12,895 nucleotides of DNA from contig JACRKZ010000054.1 of assembly GCA_016235455.1 (NCBI GenBank), positions 1-12,895 of the forward strand. The letters are read 5' to 3'. The stretch's first letter is position 1. Every line of letters starts with the position of its first letter. The position numbers were made by a program, and so were the translations under genes. This DNA is from Armatimonadota bacterium. Its GTDB lineage: Bacteria > Armatimonadota > UBA10988. The notes beneath the pieces were generated by a model. It did not search any database and was not told the DNA's origin. It was given only the letters and a program-made list of their open reading frames with translations. Positions 1-8,738 of this stretch are shown here, one piece after another.

Positions 1-284
1 ACAACGTCTGCCCCGGCATCGACGCCTTCCCCATGGAGCTCAAGGAGGGCCGCTACCGGCTCAGCTTCTGGGTCAAGGCCGACCGCGACGACGGCGGGGC
101 CAACTTCGGCTTGTACGGCTACGACAAGTCGCCCTGGAAGGACATCACCGCCAACCGCGACTGGCACCAGGAGACGCTGGACTTCGAGGTGCCCCGCGAC
201 ACGCAGCGCACCTGCTGGCGCATCACCGCGACCAGGCGCGGGACGCTGTGGGTGGATGCGTTGGAGGTGCGGCCGCTGCCGTAG
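1..284 (+). CDS. C-terminal fragment of a larger protein ending in a CBM4/9-like (galactose-binding-like) beta-sandwich; 5' truncated by the window edge
   Basis: Frame is open from position 3 (NVCPGIDAFPMELKEGRYRLSFWVKAD...). It has the typical 'Y.LSFWVK...W.....F......LWVD.LEV' pattern. Stop TAG at 282-284. Confidence 0.7.
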   Translation, partial: NVCPGIDAFPMELKEGRYRLSFWVKADRDDGGANFGLYGYDKSPWKDITANRDWHQETLDFEVPRDTQRTCWRITATRRGTLWVDALEVRPLP

Positions 285-361
285 GGCGGCGGGCGGTGCC
301 GGCGGGATCAGGCCCAGCGTCCGGAAGATCGCACGACAGCCCGTCTGCTGTCCTATGCGAA

Positions 362-390
362 TGGTATGATTCGCGCCGCCCAACCTGGAG
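362..390 (+). promoter_or_regulatory. Extended -10 promoter (TGnTATGAT) and RBS for the glycoside hydrolase
   Basis: TGGTATGAT at 362-370 in a GC-rich background, GGAG at 387-390, ATG at 401. Confidence 0.5.
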
Positions 391-400
391 CCGCCCACCC

Positions 401-1657
401 ATGCCCCATCCCCAACCCGCCGCCACCTTCCTCGCCAGCCTCGGCGTCTGCACCGCCGTCTCCCGCCGTCACGAGGACCTCGCGCACACCATCGACTGCC
501 TGCGCTACCTGGGCCTGCGCTGGGTGCGGCAGAGCTATGAGAGCGATGTGCCCGTGGCCGACCTGCTCGAACTGGCGCGCCAGACCGGCGTGCGCTTCGC
601 CTATGGACCGGCCAGTGGCGGCAACGACCTTGACCGGCTGCTGCGCGGTGGGCGGGAGCTGGCTGCCGCGGGCGCGTTGCTGGCCTTTGAGGGCAACAAC
701 GAGCCGAACAACTGGGGCGTCACCTACCAGGGCGAGTCTGGCGGGCGCGAGGCGTCGTGGCTGCCGGTGGCACGGTTGCAGCGGGATCTGTATGCGCGCG
801 TCAAGGCCGACCCGCTGCTGCGCGACTACCCCGTGTGGAGCCTGTCGGAAGGCGGCGCCGAGACCGACAACGTCGGGCTGCAGTACCTGACCATCCCGCC
901 CGGCGCCGGCTGTGCCATGCCCGACGGCACGCGCTATGCCGACTTTGCCAACTGCCACAACTACCTGAGCCACCCTGAGCATCCGGGGCTGTATGACAAC
1001 CAGGCCTGGATCGCGTCCGACCCCGGACCCGCCTGCCGGGTCGATGGGCTCTATGGCAACTACGGCCGCACCTGGCGCGCCGGGTTCCCCGGCTACGGCG
1101 AGGAGGAGCTGGCGACGCTGCCGCGCGTGACCACCGAGACCGGCGTGCTGATCGACGGGCCGTTCACCGAGCGCGTGCAGGGCCTGCTGTACCTGAGCCT
1201 GTATCTGGCGCAATTCGCCCGTGGCTGGCAGCACACCTCGGTCTACCTGCTGCGCGACCGCAGCGACGAGGAAGGCAACCAGACCTTTGGCTTCTACGCG
1301 CCCGACTACACGCCGAGGCTCGCGGCACATTACCTGCACAACCTGACCACCGTGCTGGCCGACCCGGACCCGCACGCCTGGCCGGATTCGGTGGATTGCC
1401 GGCTGCTCGACCCGCCCGAGACCGTGCACGACCTGCTGCTGCAGAAGGGCGACGGCACGGTGTGTCTGGTGGTGTGGGGCGAGCGCTTTGGTGGCGACGA
1501 GGATGTCGTGACGCTCGAGTTGGGCCGGCGCGCGACGGCGCTACGTGTGTATGACCCGACCGTGGGCACGGAGCCGGTGCGGGAGCTGGTGGACGCAGAG
1601 CGGGTGGAGCTGACCCTGAGCGACCATCCGCTGGTCTTGTGCTGGCGGCCGACCTAG
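401..1657 (+). CDS. Putative clan GH-A (TIM-barrel) glycoside hydrolase with C-terminal beta-sandwich, no signal peptide
   Basis: Start moved from 248 to ATG 401 (RBS GGAG; the upstream extension overlaps the previous gene). Acid/base-like motif FEGNNEPNN, NCHNY, nucleophile-like VTTETG, YLLRD...FGFY...P motif, beta-rich C-terminus. Confidence 0.75.
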   Translation: MPHPQPAATFLASLGVCTAVSRRHEDLAHTIDCLRYLGLRWVRQSYESDVPVADLLELARQTGVRFAYGPASGGNDLDRLLRGGRELAAAGALLAFEGNNEPNNWGVTYQGESGGREASWLPVARLQRDLYARVKADPLLRDYPVWSLSEGGAETDNVGLQYLTIPPGAGCAMPDGTRYADFANCHNYLSHPEHPGLYDNQAWIASDPGPACRVDGLYGNYGRTWRAGFPGYGEEELATLPRVTTETGVLIDGPFTERVQGLLYLSLYLAQFARGWQHTSVYLLRDRSDEEGNQTFGFYAPDYTPRLAAHYLHNLTTVLADPDPHAWPDSVDCRLLDPPETVHDLLLQKGDGTVCLVVWGERFGGDEDVVTLELGRRATALRVYDPTVGTEPVRELVDAERVELTLSDHPLVLCWRPT

Positions 1658-4600
1658 CTAGTCGTCGCCCAGCACCTCGGCCAGGGCCAGGGCCATGTCG
1701 TTGAGGCGATAGGGCTTGGTGAGCACCGCGCGGAAGCCGTGCTCGGTGTAGTTGGCCATGATCGGGTCGGTGGCGTAGCCCGACGAGACGATGGCGCGCA
1801 CGCCGGGGTCTATCTCACGGAGCCGGGCCAGGGCCTCGCGGCCACCCATGCCGCCCGGGATGGTCAGGTCCATGATCACCACGTCGTAGCCGCGGCCTTC
1901 TTCCAGAGCGGCGGCGTAAGCGGTTACGGCCTCAACCCCATCGGCCACGGCGGTGGCCTGGTAGCCCAGGTGCTCCAGGCTGCGCTGGGCGAGTGACCGG
2001 ATGGATGATTCGTCGTCGAGCAGCAGCACGCGGCCCGTGCCGCGGGCGGCGTCGACGGGCGCCACCGCCCGGGCGGCGCTGGCCTCGGGAGTCGCCGGCA
2101 GGTAGACCTCGAAGGTGGTGCCTTCACCGGGCGTCGACCGCAGCGCGATATGGCCGGCGTGGCGACTGACCACCGAGTGGCAGACGGCCAGGCCCAGGCC
2201 GCTGCCCTGGGCCTTGGTGGTGAAGTACGGGTCGAAAGCGTGCTCGGTCACGTCGGCCGGCATGCCGCAGCCCTGGTCGGCCACGAACAGCCGCAGATAG
2301 GGGCCGGGCCGGAGCGAGAAGGCGTTGTTGGGCGCCAGGCGCTCGTTGCTCGCGCCGACGGTGAGCAACCCGCCGCCCGTCATGGCTTGCGTGGCGTTGA
2401 TGACCAGATTCTGCACCACCTGGGCGATCTGGTTCTCGTCGATCTCGGCCAGCCACAGGTCATCGGCGAACGCGAAGCGGCAGTCGACGGCGGTGCCCCG
2501 GCAGCAGAACACCGTGGTCGAGCGGACCACCTCCTCGATGTGGACCAGCCGGCGCACTGGCGCGCCGCCGCTGGCGAAGGTGAGCAGTTGCTGGGTCAGC
2601 CCCTTGGCGCGCACCGCGGCCTCTTCGGCCTCGGCCAGGGAGTAGGCCAGCGAGTCGTTGTCGCCCGCCTCCAGGCTGGCCAGCGACACATTGCCCAGAA
2701 TGCCGGTAAGCAGGTTGTTAAAGTCATGGGCCACGCCGCCGGCCAGGATGGACAGTGACTCCAGCTTCTGGTTGCGGCGCATGGCCGCGTCGCGTCGCTC
2801 CTCGTCGGTCACGTCGCGGAAGACCAGCACGGCGCCGACGATGCGGCTGTCGCGGTCGCGGATGGGCGCGCCGCTGTCGGCGATGAGGTACTCTTCGCCG
2901 CCGCGTGCCCGCAGCATGGTGCGGCTGGCCAGCCCCACGGCGCCACCCGTGGCGAGGACGTGCGCGGCGGGGTCGGGCAGTGGCTCACGCGTATCAGCGT
3001 GGATCAGGTGCAGCACGTCGGGCAGCGGTCGACCTGCGGCTTGGGCGGTGCGCCAGCCAGTGAGCTGCTCGGCCACCTTATTCATCAGCACCACGCGGCA
3101 GGCGGTGTCGGTGGCAATGACGCCGTCGCCGATGCTGTGCAGCGTGACGGCCAGGCGCTCCTTCTCCGCGGCCAGCTCATCTTCCATGCGGCGGTGCTCG
3201 GTGATGTCGTGGTAGTTGAGCAGCACGCCGCGGACGTCGGGGTCATCGAGCAGGTTGGCGGCCGTGTAGCCGATCCACTTGTAGCTGCCGTCCCGACAGC
3301 GATAGCGGCATTCGCCATAGCGCGTGATGCCGGGGTCGGCGACGACGCTGGCCATCACCGCCTGGGCCTCGGTCAGGTCGTCGGGATGGACCAGGAGCCA
3401 GGTGCTCTGGCCAACCACCTCTTCAGGCTTCCAGCCGAACCAGCGCTCGATGTTGGGGCTCTTGAAGCGATTGATGCCGTCGGCGTCGATGATGGCGATG
3501 ACATCGGAGATGCTGGCGATCATCGCGCGCTGGCGTGCCTCGTTCTCGCGCAAGGCCTGCTCGGCGCGGCGCCGTTCGCTGATATCGATGCCGATGCCGG
3601 CGATGTAGTCCTGCCCGTCGATCTCGACGCGGACCGCCGTGAGGTGGTACAGCGCGACGCTGCCGTCCTTGGCTTGCAGGTGCCCTTCGGCCTCGGCGTA
3701 GCCCTCCTCGAAGCAGCGTAGCGCGGCGTTTCGGACCAACTCCATGTCGTGTGGGTTGTCCTTGTACCAATCGAGCAGCGACATGTACGGCAACTCATCG
3801 GCGCTGTAGCCAGTGAGCGTCTCATGCTGCTTGTTCCAGCGCACCAGGCGGCCGTCGCGGCTGTACAGGTAGAGCATGCCCGGCACGCTGTCGAGCACGG
3901 CATTGGTGAACACGCGCTCGCGGGCCAGGGCCTGCTCATTGCGGCGCTGCTCGCTGATGTCGATGCCGATGCCCGCGAAGTAGGTCTCACCGTCAATCTC
4001 GACGCGAACAGCGGTGAAATGGCAGAGCGTGGTGCCGCCGTCCTTGGTCTGCAAGTTGCCCTCGGCCTCGCCATAGCCGGTCTCCAGGCAGCGTTGCACG
4101 CCAGCCGTGATGCGGTCAATGTCGTCCTGGCTGTCGCGGTACCAGTCCAGCAGACCCCGACCGGCCAGTTCGTCCGCGCTGTAGCCGGTCATGGTCTCGT
4201 GCTGGCGGTTCCAGCGCACCAGCCGGCCTTGCGAATCGTACAGATAGAGCATACCGGGCACGCTGTCGAGGACGGCGTCGGTGAACAGGCGTCCGCGCTC
4301 AATTTCCTGCTCGGCACGTCGGCGTTCGGTGATATCGAAGGCGATGCCCGAGGCGCGGACCGGCTGGCCCTCGCCGTTGAAGACCCCGTGGCCGGCGGCG
4401 CTGATCCAGCGCACCTCGCCGTCGGGCCGGATGATGCGGTACTCGCTGCGGAAGATGCGCCGCTCGGCGATGGCCCGGCCGACCTCAGCCATGGTGGGTT
4501 CGAAGTCGTCCGGGTGCACCAGGCTCCGCCAGGCGTCGGTCGACGGCGGCGTCGGGCTGGGCTCCAGGCCGAACAGCTCATAGAGCTCGGGTGCCCAGTA

Positions 4601-5080
4601 GTGCTCGTCGGCGACCATGTCCCAGTCAAACCAGCCGGCCTGGACCGCGCTCAGCGCCACATCGAGCCGGTCGGAGCGCTCGCGCAACACACGGTCCTCG
4701 GCCAGGCGCGCGGCGAGGCCAGGCGCCGAAATGGCCACGGCCAGCGCGAACCGCGTGTCCGGCACGGCGTTGACAGACCAGACCAGCGCCGTGTCGAGCC
4801 CGTCGGCGCCGCGCCAGATGCAGCCCGACTGGTCGGTCGAGCGTCCGGCCAGCGCGTTGGCCAGCGTGCGGCGCAAGGCGTCGGCCTCGGCCTCGTCGGC
4901 GATGCCGTCCCACAACAGGTGACGTGTGTCGTCGGTCATGGACCAGCCGGTCAGGCGGAGGCCCGCATCGCTCAGGTCGGTGACCACGCCGTCAGGGTCT
5001 ACCACGGCCGTCACGACGCCGAGGGCGTTCATGAACGCGCGTTGGCCGTCGGCGACGGTACCCGCTGAACTGATGAGCAT
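1658..5080 (-). CDS. Cytoplasmic hybrid sensor histidine kinase/response regulator (multi-PAS + HisKA + HATPase_c + REC; CckA/NtrB-like)
   Basis: H-box LAGGVAHDFNNLL, N-box QNLVINATQA, G1 DQGCGM, F-box FDPYFTTK, G2 GSGLGL. REC domain LLLDDE...MDLTIPG...SSGY...KPY. About 6 PAS/PAC domains ending in DITE/DISE/DVTD. Start chosen at ATG 5080 (GGAGA upstream) rather than 5134. Confidence 0.93.
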   Translation of the reverse strand: MLISSAGTVADGQRAFMNALGVVTAVVDPDGVVTDLSDAGLRLTGWSMTDDTRHLLWDGIADEAEADALRRTLANALAGRSTDQSGCIWRGADGLDTALVWSVNAVPDTRFALAVAISAPGLAARLAEDRVLRERSDRLDVALSAVQAGWFDWDMVADEHYWAPELYELFGLEPSPTPPSTDAWRSLVHPDDFEPTMAEVGRAIAERRIFRSEYRIIRPDGEVRWISAAGHGVFNGEGQPVRASGIAFDITERRRAEQEIERGRLFTDAVLDSVPGMLYLYDSQGRLVRWNRQHETMTGYSADELAGRGLLDWYRDSQDDIDRITAGVQRCLETGYGEAEGNLQTKDGGTTLCHFTAVRVEIDGETYFAGIGIDISEQRRNEQALARERVFTNAVLDSVPGMLYLYSRDGRLVRWNKQHETLTGYSADELPYMSLLDWYKDNPHDMELVRNAALRCFEEGYAEAEGHLQAKDGSVALYHLTAVRVEIDGQDYIAGIGIDISERRRAEQALRENEARQRAMIASISDVIAIIDADGINRFKSPNIERWFGWKPEEVVGQSTWLLVHPDDLTEAQAVMASVVADPGITRYGECRYRCRDGSYKWIGYTAANLLDDPDVRGVLLNYHDITEHRRMEDELAAEKERLAVTLHSIGDGVIATDTACRVVLMNKVAEQLTGWRTAQAAGRPLPDVLHLIHADTREPLPDPAAHVLATGGAVGLASRTMLRARGGEEYLIADSGAPIRDRDSRIVGAVLVFRDVTDEERRDAAMRRNQKLESLSILAGGVAHDFNNLLTGILGNVSLASLEAGDNDSLAYSLAEAEEAAVRAKGLTQQLLTFASGGAPVRRLVHIEEVVRSTTVFCCRGTAVDCRFAFADDLWLAEIDENQIAQVVQNLVINATQAMTGGGLLTVGASNERLAPNNAFSLRPGPYLRLFVADQGCGMPADVTEHAFDPYFTTKAQGSGLGLAVCHSVVSRHAGHIALRSTPGEGTTFEVYLPATPEASAARAVAPVDAARGTGRVLLLDDESSIRSLAQRSLEHLGYQATAVADGVEAVTAYAAALEEGRGYDVVIMDLTIPGGMGGREALARLREIDPGVRAIVSSGYATDPIMANYTEHGFRAVLTKPYRLNDMALALAEVLGDD
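3551..4288 (-). repeat. Tandem intragenic duplication of a PAS-PAC domain (375-nt period)
   Basis: LFTDAVLDSVPGMLYLY... (starts 4288) and VFTNAVLDSVPGMLYLY... (starts 3913) align without gaps, about 82/121 identical residues by manual count. Confidence 0.92.
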
Positions 5081-5196
5081 GAGCCAGTTGTCTCCGCACC
5101 CCGAGACCGCGCACGGTCTCCCCCTATCTTGCAACGAATCACGGCCGGCTGCATCCGCCTAATGTGTCCGCCATGCAACAGCCACCGGCCGCCAAG

Positions 5197-5221
5197 AGGA
5201 CTGTCCGCAGGCGGCGCGAAC
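5197..5221 (+). promoter_or_regulatory. Sigma-H-like promoter AGGA-N17-GAAC for the 934-aa gene
   Basis: AGGA 5197-5200, GAAC 5218-5221, RBS GGGAG 5235-5239, ATG 5245. The same motif occurs upstream of the transporter. Confidence 0.45.
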
Positions 5222-5244
5222 ACTAGCGGGCACGGGAGCTGCTC

Positions 5245-8049
5245 ATGGGGCGCATTGGTGTCGTTCTTCTTCTCTGCGCGGTCAGCGCGGCCAGTGCTCA
5301 GCCGGCGCGCCGCTGGTCGCCCGACGAACTGCTGGCGCTCAGCGGTGTCGGCGGGTTCGGGTCCACGGGCGTCATCGACACCTCCACCGAGCAGCGCGCG
5401 CCGGGCAACACCTTGGGCTTCAGCCTGGGTTTCGACTGGTCCAAGCATGGCACCGACCCAGGCTGGTGGAGCATCCGTATGGGCCTGCCGCGCGGCGCGC
5501 GCCTGGCCGACTACGACACGTTGGCCTTCGATGTGCGCGCCGAGCCCGGCGGCACGGCCAACCTCAAGCTGTTCCTCTATGAACCGGACGACAACCGCTG
5601 GGTGGCCTGGGACAAGCCGCTGGCCGAACTGGCCGACGGAGCCTGGCGCCATGTGGAGACCAGACGCGAATCCATGTCGCTGTGGAAGCTGAGTGCCAAC
5701 GCCGAGGACTGGAACGCCATCCACGGCCTGGCGCTGGAGCCCAACAACGGCACGGGCATCTTCTACCTGGACAACCTGTGCCTCAAGGGGCCCGGCGGCC
5801 GGGTGCTGCCGCTGGTCGATCTCAGCGACGACGGCCTGGTGGCCGACCCGGCCTGGCATGAGCCGCTGCCCAAGGGTCCGCCGCCCGTGGGCACGGTCTA
5901 CTTCCCGCACGATGGCGCGCGCATTGGCGACAAGACCATGCGCGACTCGGCGCTCGGCCTGCACCAGCGCCTGGGTCAGGTGGGCGTGCCGATGTCGGGC
6001 TATGGGCCGACCATGGTGGCCGCCTCGCGCGAGCTGCGCGCCGCGGGCGTATCGACCCTCTACTACGCCAGCATGGGCGGCGCCTACCGCCGCTACTTCA
6101 CGCGGCGCGGCGCCTGGGACGAAAACCTGGCCGGCCGCAGCCTCAACGCGCTGCCCGGCTCGCTGACCAACTGGGACTGGCAGCACATGTACGCCATGGG
6201 CCATCCGGCGGTGTTCGAGGCGCAGAAGCAGCGCGTCGACGCCTTGTTGAAGGCCGGTATGACCACCTGGATGGTGGTCGACTACACCTTCCCCTGGCAG
6301 GACGGGCCGTGGGGCTACAGCCAGGCCAACGTCGACGCCTTCCGCGCGGACCTGCTGGACCGCGACGAAGGGCTGATGCTGCGCTGGCCCAACAGCTTTC
6401 GGGCGCCCAAGCCGCGGTTGAGCTTCGCCGGCTACTTCCGCCACTACCTGGGCTTCGACCCATCGCCGGCGCAGTTTGGGCTGGCTCGCTGGGAGGACTG
6501 GACCCCGCCACGGCCCGCCGACCCCGCGCAGTGGCAGCGTAGCAGGCAGGTGCTGTTCATGCTCCTGCGCAGCTTCGAGTGGCTCAAGCTGCCCGACCGC
6601 GTGGGTCGCTACTACCGCGATCAGGGCGGTCAGCCGCTGTGGATCATCCCCAACCCCGAAGACACCGGCGGCTCGAGCGACTACCAGTTCATGCTGCGCA
6701 GCCAGGGCGTGGGCAACCTGTTCCCCGAGTGGTTCGGCCCCATCGGCTGGGCCGCCGAGGCCACCTACGCCAGCTTGCCGGGCCTGCGCGAGACGGCTGA
6801 CGCGGCCGGCACACGGCTGTCGATCATCCACGAGACCGGCGCCGGCGGGCACTCGTCGCCCTATCTCGACTGGCGCGTGGCCTACACCGGCGTCTATGCC
6901 ATCACCGCCTCGGGCCGGCTCGACGACTTCGACAACGACTTCCTCGACGAGCATCCTCAATCGGTGCTCGACAAGCCCGAGAGCAACGCCTACCACTTCA
7001 ACCGCTACCGCGAGGGCGTGGGCAAGGCGATGGCTTTCCGCCAGGCGCGGGCCGACCGGGCCAGGCGGGGTGAGGCGGAGATCGTCTGCATCGGCGAACG
7101 GCCGCCGGCGCGGGCCTGCGGCAGCCCGTACTTCACGCTCAACCAGCCGCACAGCCTGGGCGTGGGTCTGTCGCGCGCGCACCTGCTGTTCGACTGGCGC
7201 GAGCAGTCGGACGTTGGGCTCTCGTTGGATCTCAAGCGGATGGTCGTCTACAACCCGTGGGCGCTGCGCTCGGGCGACGTGGAGCGTTGGATGGACTGGC
7301 TGGGCGGCGGGCCCGGCCGCGTCTTCGTCACGCACAGCTTTGTGCCTACGCGCGACACGACCGGCTTCTGGGGCCTCACCGCCAGCAGCGAGCTGGGCAA
7401 CCAGACCACCGCCGCCGGCTTCGGGCTGGGCCGCATCACCGCCGGTGAGAAGGGCCGCGTGACCATCACCGAGGCGCCCGAGGCCTGGGGCCTCCGGGGC
7501 CGCAGCCTGGAACTGACCGCGCCGCTGTGCCGCGCCAGCCAGGGCGAGCCGGTGGTCATGACCGACCGTGGCCCGCTGGTCTATCGCGTGCGACGCGGCG
7601 GGGGCACACTCTACTATCTGGCCTACACGCCGGGCGACAGCGACGAGACCCAACGGCTCGACGCGCTGCTCATGACGGCCATCGCACGTGAAGCCCAGAT
7701 CACCCCCGAGGTGCGCGCCGACTTCGACACGCTGGTGCAGCAATGGGGTGGCAACGGCCTGCGGGTCATCGCCGCCTGGGACGCGCCGGCCATGGGCAAG
7801 TTCGACTGGCGCTACGAGCCGGGCATCGCCGCCATGCCTTACGAGGCGCCGGGCGTATCGCGCACGGTCACCACCCGACCGCTCGCAGCGAAGCTGGCCT
7901 ACGACTTCTGGCGCGATACCACCACGCCGTTCGAGAGCCAGGCCACGCTGAAGCTCGACGGCGCGCTCTGCGGTCTATGGTATCTGGCGTCGGACGAGGC
8001 CGCGCTGGCGCCGATCAAGGCGGTGCGGGCCAAGATGAATGGCTGGTAG
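5245..8049 (+). CDS. Secreted multidomain CAZyme-like protein (signal peptide, CBM11/CIA30-like domain, probable TIM barrel, possible GH42-type trimerisation/GATase-like domain)
   Basis: Sec signal MGRIGVVLLLCAVSAASA-QP. Jelly-roll pattern 'ADYDTLAFDVR...LKLFLYE...W..V...WNAIHGLALEP...GIFYLDNL'. Trp/Tyr-rich core. The C-terminal 'MVVYNP...WLGGG..VFVT...RRGGGTLYYLAY' resembles GH42 C-domains. Strong G/C third-position codon bias and an RBS. Confidence 0.7.
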   Translation: MGRIGVVLLLCAVSAASAQPARRWSPDELLALSGVGGFGSTGVIDTSTEQRAPGNTLGFSLGFDWSKHGTDPGWWSIRMGLPRGARLADYDTLAFDVRAEPGGTANLKLFLYEPDDNRWVAWDKPLAELADGAWRHVETRRESMSLWKLSANAEDWNAIHGLALEPNNGTGIFYLDNLCLKGPGGRVLPLVDLSDDGLVADPAWHEPLPKGPPPVGTVYFPHDGARIGDKTMRDSALGLHQRLGQVGVPMSGYGPTMVAASRELRAAGVSTLYYASMGGAYRRYFTRRGAWDENLAGRSLNALPGSLTNWDWQHMYAMGHPAVFEAQKQRVDALLKAGMTTWMVVDYTFPWQDGPWGYSQANVDAFRADLLDRDEGLMLRWPNSFRAPKPRLSFAGYFRHYLGFDPSPAQFGLARWEDWTPPRPADPAQWQRSRQVLFMLLRSFEWLKLPDRVGRYYRDQGGQPLWIIPNPEDTGGSSDYQFMLRSQGVGNLFPEWFGPIGWAAEATYASLPGLRETADAAGTRLSIIHETGAGGHSSPYLDWRVAYTGVYAITASGRLDDFDNDFLDEHPQSVLDKPESNAYHFNRYREGVGKAMAFRQARADRARRGEAEIVCIGERPPARACGSPYFTLNQPHSLGVGLSRAHLLFDWREQSDVGLSLDLKRMVVYNPWALRSGDVERWMDWLGGGPGRVFVTHSFVPTRDTTGFWGLTASSELGNQTTAAGFGLGRITAGEKGRVTITEAPEAWGLRGRSLELTAPLCRASQGEPVVMTDRGPLVYRVRRGGGTLYYLAYTPGDSDETQRLDALLMTAIAREAQITPEVRADFDTLVQQWGGNGLRVIAAWDAPAMGKFDWRYEPGIAAMPYEAPGVSRTVTTRPLAAKLAYDFWRDTTTPFESQATLKLDGALCGLWYLASDEAALAPIKAVRAKMNGW

Positions 8050-8112
8050 GTAGACGATCTCAGCGCTTGCTGTTCCGCCTTTGGGCGAATGTCGATTCCC
8101 TACCCATGGTCG

Positions 8113-8147
8113 GCGCCGCCAGCGCCATACACGGCGCCTGGTGGCGC
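8113..8147. terminator. GC-rich hairpin between convergent genes, possible terminator or stabiliser
   Basis: GCGCCGCCAG-CGCC / GGCG-C-CTGGTGGCGC with loop ATACAC. No U-tract. Confidence 0.3.
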
Positions 8148-8174
8148 GGAAGGGCGCGTTGTGATGGAGTCGCG

Positions 8175-8262
8175 GGCAGCCCCCACCCCGGCCCTCCCCG
8201 CGAGCGGGGAGGGAGTCAGTGCACCGTCCCCCCGCTCGCGGGGGGACTACAGGGGGGCTGCC
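8175..8262. repeat. REP-like inverted doublet (REPIN/BIME-like)
   Basis: Hairpin CCCTCCCCGC-GA-GCGGGGAGGG (8192-8213) and oppositely oriented GTCCCCCCGC-TC-GCGGGGGGAC (8226-8247), enclosed by the outer IR GGCAGCCCCC/GGGGGCTGCC (8175-8184/8253-8262). Confidence 0.7.
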
Positions 8263-8324
8263 GATGTAGTGGAAGCGCCATGCGCCTCTAGGCGGCTCCG
8301 GGTCGCAACTCGCGCTGCAGCCGC

Positions 8325-8738
8325 CTAAAGGCGCAACAACGAACCCGCACACACCCGCGCCGCCAACTCCTCTTCGGCGCGCGTGCCATGCCCTGCCGCC
8401 AGCGCGTGGTACCGCTCATGCGCGATGAGCCGCGCCTCGACTTCGGCGGGCGCCAGCGCCCATTCCGCCGCCAACGCCGCCACGCCGGCGTCGTACAGCA
8501 CGATCACGCCGCGGCACGCGTCCCACTCGGCATACTTGGTCACGCCGGCGAAGACGTTGGCGCGGGCATCGCGCTCGACCCGCGGCTCCGCCAGCTCGGC
8601 CAGACGACTCGCCGCCGCCTGACCGGCGGCGATGGCGGCCTGCGCGGCGGCGCGGCGGCGCGGCTCGGACCAGCGCCGGGTGACCGGCTGCTCGGCCAGC
8701 CAGGCGGTGGCCTCGTCGAGTGTCAGCGCCGGGCCCAT
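8325..8738 (-). CDS. Small hypothetical protein with HExxH zincin/metallopeptidase-like motif
   Basis: LIAHERYH followed by EEELAA (candidate third ligand), preceded by beta strands YAEWD..RGVIVLYD. The start overlaps the hydantoinase 3' end by 16 nt. Confidence 0.7.
   Translation of the reverse strand: MGPALTLDEATAWLAEQPVTRRWSEPRRRAAAQAAIAAGQAAASRLAELAEPRVERDARANVFAGVTKYAEWDACRGVIVLYDAGVAALAAEWALAPAEVEARLIAHERYHALAAGHGTRAEEELAARVCAGSLLRL

Noticed and set aside
353-1429. 358-aa minus-strand ORF
   Set aside because: Shadow of the glycoside hydrolase.
2150-5068. Plus-strand ORFs inside the kinase (e.g. 3749-5068, 2960-3721)
   Set aside because: Shadows of a gene with clear domain motifs on the opposite strand.
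5029-7743. 904-aa minus-strand ORF
   Set aside because: Antisense shadow of the 934-aa gene. High-GC codon bias suppresses stops, and there are no recognisable motifs.
7975-8352. Small ORFs across the REP region (7975-8352 -, 8089-8328 +)
   Set aside because: These translate palindromic repeats and overlap real genes.
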